DNA from: Planctomycetota bacterium | GTDB taxonomy: Bacteria; Planctomycetota; UBA1135; UBA2386 | NCBI GenBank assembly: GCA_965223545.1 | Contig: OZ245006.1 | Location: forward strand, 4,480,001-4,544,000 | Direction: 5' to 3' | Length of the DNA stretch: 64,000 bases | Shown here: in pieces, positions 62,232-64,000 of the stretch | Layout of the letters: each line of letters opens with the position of its first letter | Numbering within the stretch: the first letter of the stretch is position 1 | Program-made: the position numbers and the translations under genes | Notes under the pieces: generated by a model | Seen by the model: the letters and a program-made list of their open reading frames with translations, nothing else | Database searches by the model: none | What the model was told of the DNA's origin: nothing

Positions 62232-63534
62232 GCGCGTGGTCCGAAAACTCAGCCGGTGCCCATCAGGGTCGTCGCTGGCGGATTCAGGCTCCATTCGGCT
62301 GTCGCGTGATGTCGGGTTCGGTCAGTGCGGGCAGGCCGGTGGCCCCGAGCGATCGTGGCGTGGGGCTTCGAAGAGCGTCTGGCCGTCAGGCCGCGGAGCG
62401 GTGGTAGCTGTTGAGCAGTCCACCGAGTCGCTCGTGAACGGCGATCTCGCCAGAACTCGCGGCCGGATTGCCTTGGATCAACTCGTTCCCGAGTCCCTGG
62501 TGGGGCCGTTCGGCATGGTAGTGGGCGACGTACTCGCGCAAGACTCGCTCGAGATGGGTCTGACCGAACAGGATCAAGTGATCGAGGCACTCGCGCTTCG
62601 CGGACTGGACCCAGCGTTCAGCCAACGCGTTCATGTCGGGGGCCTGGTACGCGGTGCGGACGATCTCGATTTCGGCGTCGGCGAGGATCTCGCAGAAGTG
62701 GTCGGTGAATTTGCCATCGCGGTCGAGGATCAGGAAGCGTTTGCCACGCAGGAAGCCGTCGTCGTCCGCGGTGAGGTTGCGAGCGACCTGAGCCATGAAG
62801 TCGGCACCAGGGCTCGTGGTGATGCCTGCGATGTGGACCGCGCGTGTGGCGTGCTGGATGACGAACATCACGTAGTGGGTGACGAGGCCGCGAGCAGTCC
62901 ACACCTCCGTCGTGAAGAAGTCGGCTGCCGCGATCACGTCGGCATGGGGCCGAAGGAAGGTGCGCCACGAGGTGGGGCGGTCAGGAGCTGGAGCGATGCC
63001 GTGGTCTTTCAGCGTCTTGGCAATCGTGGACTTCGCGACGTCGTGGTCGAGCTTCATGAGCTCGCCGCGGATCCGGCCGTAGCCCCAGCCCGAGTTTTCC
63101 GTCGCCATGCGCACGATCAGTTGGCGGATGGTCTTCATCAGCCCGGGTCGGCCGATGCGCTTGGTCGATCGGGCTGGGTGAGTCCATTTGGCAGCGATCA
63201 GCTGACGGTGCCATCGCCTGATCGTGTCAGGCGTGACGATCGTGGCGACCTGGTGGAGGAGTCGCCAGCCGAGCACCTTTCCCTTCGCAGCGAGTCGTCG
63301 GCGTTGGCCGTCGGTCAGACGAGGTCGCTTGTCGCCGAGCTGCTCGCGCAGGACCCGGTTCTCCTCGACCAGGTAGGCGACGACTCGAGCTTGGTCGCGG
63401 TTCACCCAGCCGGCGAAGGTGGCGAGGAGGAGTCGAAGAGGGAAGAAGTCTGTCATCCCAGGGGATGATCGGGTCTGTCGCGACGCGTCGTAAGCTGAGC
63501 GTTCTCAGGTCGATCGAGTTTTCGGACCACGCGC
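62232..63534 (-). mobile_element. IS-like element with integrase-core transposase
   Basis: Perfect 19-bp IRs GCGCGTGGTCCGAAAACTC (62232-62250) and GAGTTTTCGGACCACGCGC (63516-63534). No clear TSD. Confidence 0.82.
62386..63456 (-). CDS. Integrase core (rve, IS481/IS3-like DDE) transposase
   Basis: PDTIRRWHR; ENSGWGYGRI.GEL; AADFF; ILDRDGKF; NALAERWV; YH.ERPHQG; RLGGLL..Y. Confidence 0.9.
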   Translation of the reverse strand: MTDFFPLRLLLATFAGWVNRDQARVVAYLVEENRVLREQLGDKRPRLTDGQRRRLAAKGKVLGWRLLHQVATIVTPDTIRRWHRQLIAAKWTHPARSTKRIGRPGLMKTIRQLIVRMATENSGWGYGRIRGELMKLDHDVAKSTIAKTLKDHGIAPAPDRPTSWRTFLRPHADVIAAADFFTTEVWTARGLVTHYVMFVIQHATRAVHIAGITTSPGADFMAQVARNLTADDDGFLRGKRFLILDRDGKFTDHFCEILADAEIEIVRTAYQAPDMNALAERWVQSAKRECLDHLILFGQTHLERVLREYVAHYHAERPHQGLGNELIQGNPAASSGEIAVHERLGGLLNSYHRSAA

Positions 63535-63542
63535 CCGAAACA

Positions 63543-64000
63543 TCACCCCTCATCGGCGGGACGTTCATGGGGCCCTCTTTCCGACACCAAAACTCTAAAC
63601 CCAACGTCACCGTATCCTCTTCTCGCTTCGCGCTCGAACAAGCGGCCAACTTCGAGAAACTCCTCCAAGAAGTTCCAAGAACCCCCGGCAACATCAACGT
63701 AATCCGGCGCCTTGCCCTTTTCAGCGGTCGCGCTGAGACCACACCACTCCCACACATTACCCGCCAAGTCCAGGTGGCCATGTTTGCCCGCTCCAGTTAT
63801 GTAACAGCCCACGGGGGTTGGGCCACCTACCTTCGAGCCGTAGTTCGCTCTTTCTTCATTGGGCTCCTCTCCTCCCCACGGCCAAGCTCCATCAGGGTGT
63901 TCCGCGAAGAACCGTCGCTCTGTGGGTGTGGGAAGGCGAACGACGGCCCCGACCCTTGCGGTCTTCCACCTGCACCAAGCAATGGCGTCGAACCACGTCA
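63543..64000 (-). CDS. FGE-sulfatase (SUMF1/C-type-lectin fold) domain protein, 5' end beyond window
   Basis: TWFDAIAWC...RLPT...WPWG...AN...GHLDLAGNVWEWC...GGSW...VGFRV. Confidence 0.88.
   Translation of the reverse strand, partial: TWFDAIAWCRWKTARVGAVVRLPTPTERRFFAEHPDGAWPWGGEEPNEERANYGSKVGGPTPVGCYITGAGKHGHLDLAGNVWEWCGLSATAEKGKAPDYVDVAGGSWNFLEEFLEVGRLFEREARRGYGDVGFRVLVSERGPHERPADEG

Noticed and set aside
50621..64000. Diversity-generating retroelement (RT plus an FGE/C-type-lectin-fold gene at 63543-64000)
   Set aside because: The RT lies inside a complete group II intron with domains V/VI and has a maturase region. I found no template repeat matching the FGE 3' end and no Avd gene in the window.

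Overview
GC-rich bacterial DNA, probably from a Planctomycetota-type organism (inferred from the sulfatases, DUF1570-like proteins, Ser/Thr kinase-TPR protein and many large secreted beta-propeller proteins). A core-like middle section (~5.9-48 kb) is flanked by two accessory regions that look more AT-rich (1-5.8 kb and 48-64 kb). These carry five IS elements (ISKra4/ISLre2-like, IS1182, IS66, IS1634, IS481/IS3-like) and a group II intron. Main observations: (1) a LysR-linked operon of SET-domain methyltransferase, fold-III PLP decarboxylase and class III aminotransferase, matching the BurB/BurI/BurD logic of methionine -> S-methylmethionine -> DMSP synthesis but stand-alone and with no aldehyde dehydrogenase; (2) a group II intron inside the terminal inverted repeat of an IS1182 element, with EBS1/EBS2 loops exactly complementary to the CTAG target plus that repeat; (3) a shared ~130-aa C-terminal domain on five unrelated secreted proteins, a candidate sorting or anchoring module; (4) an operon of GT2, a plant-type RGP/UDP-arabinopyranose-mutase homolog and an epimerase; (5) three host genes split by IS elements that rejoin in frame once the IS and one TSD copy are removed. 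No rRNA, tRNA or CRISPR array was seen. Family calls come from motif recognition, not database searches.
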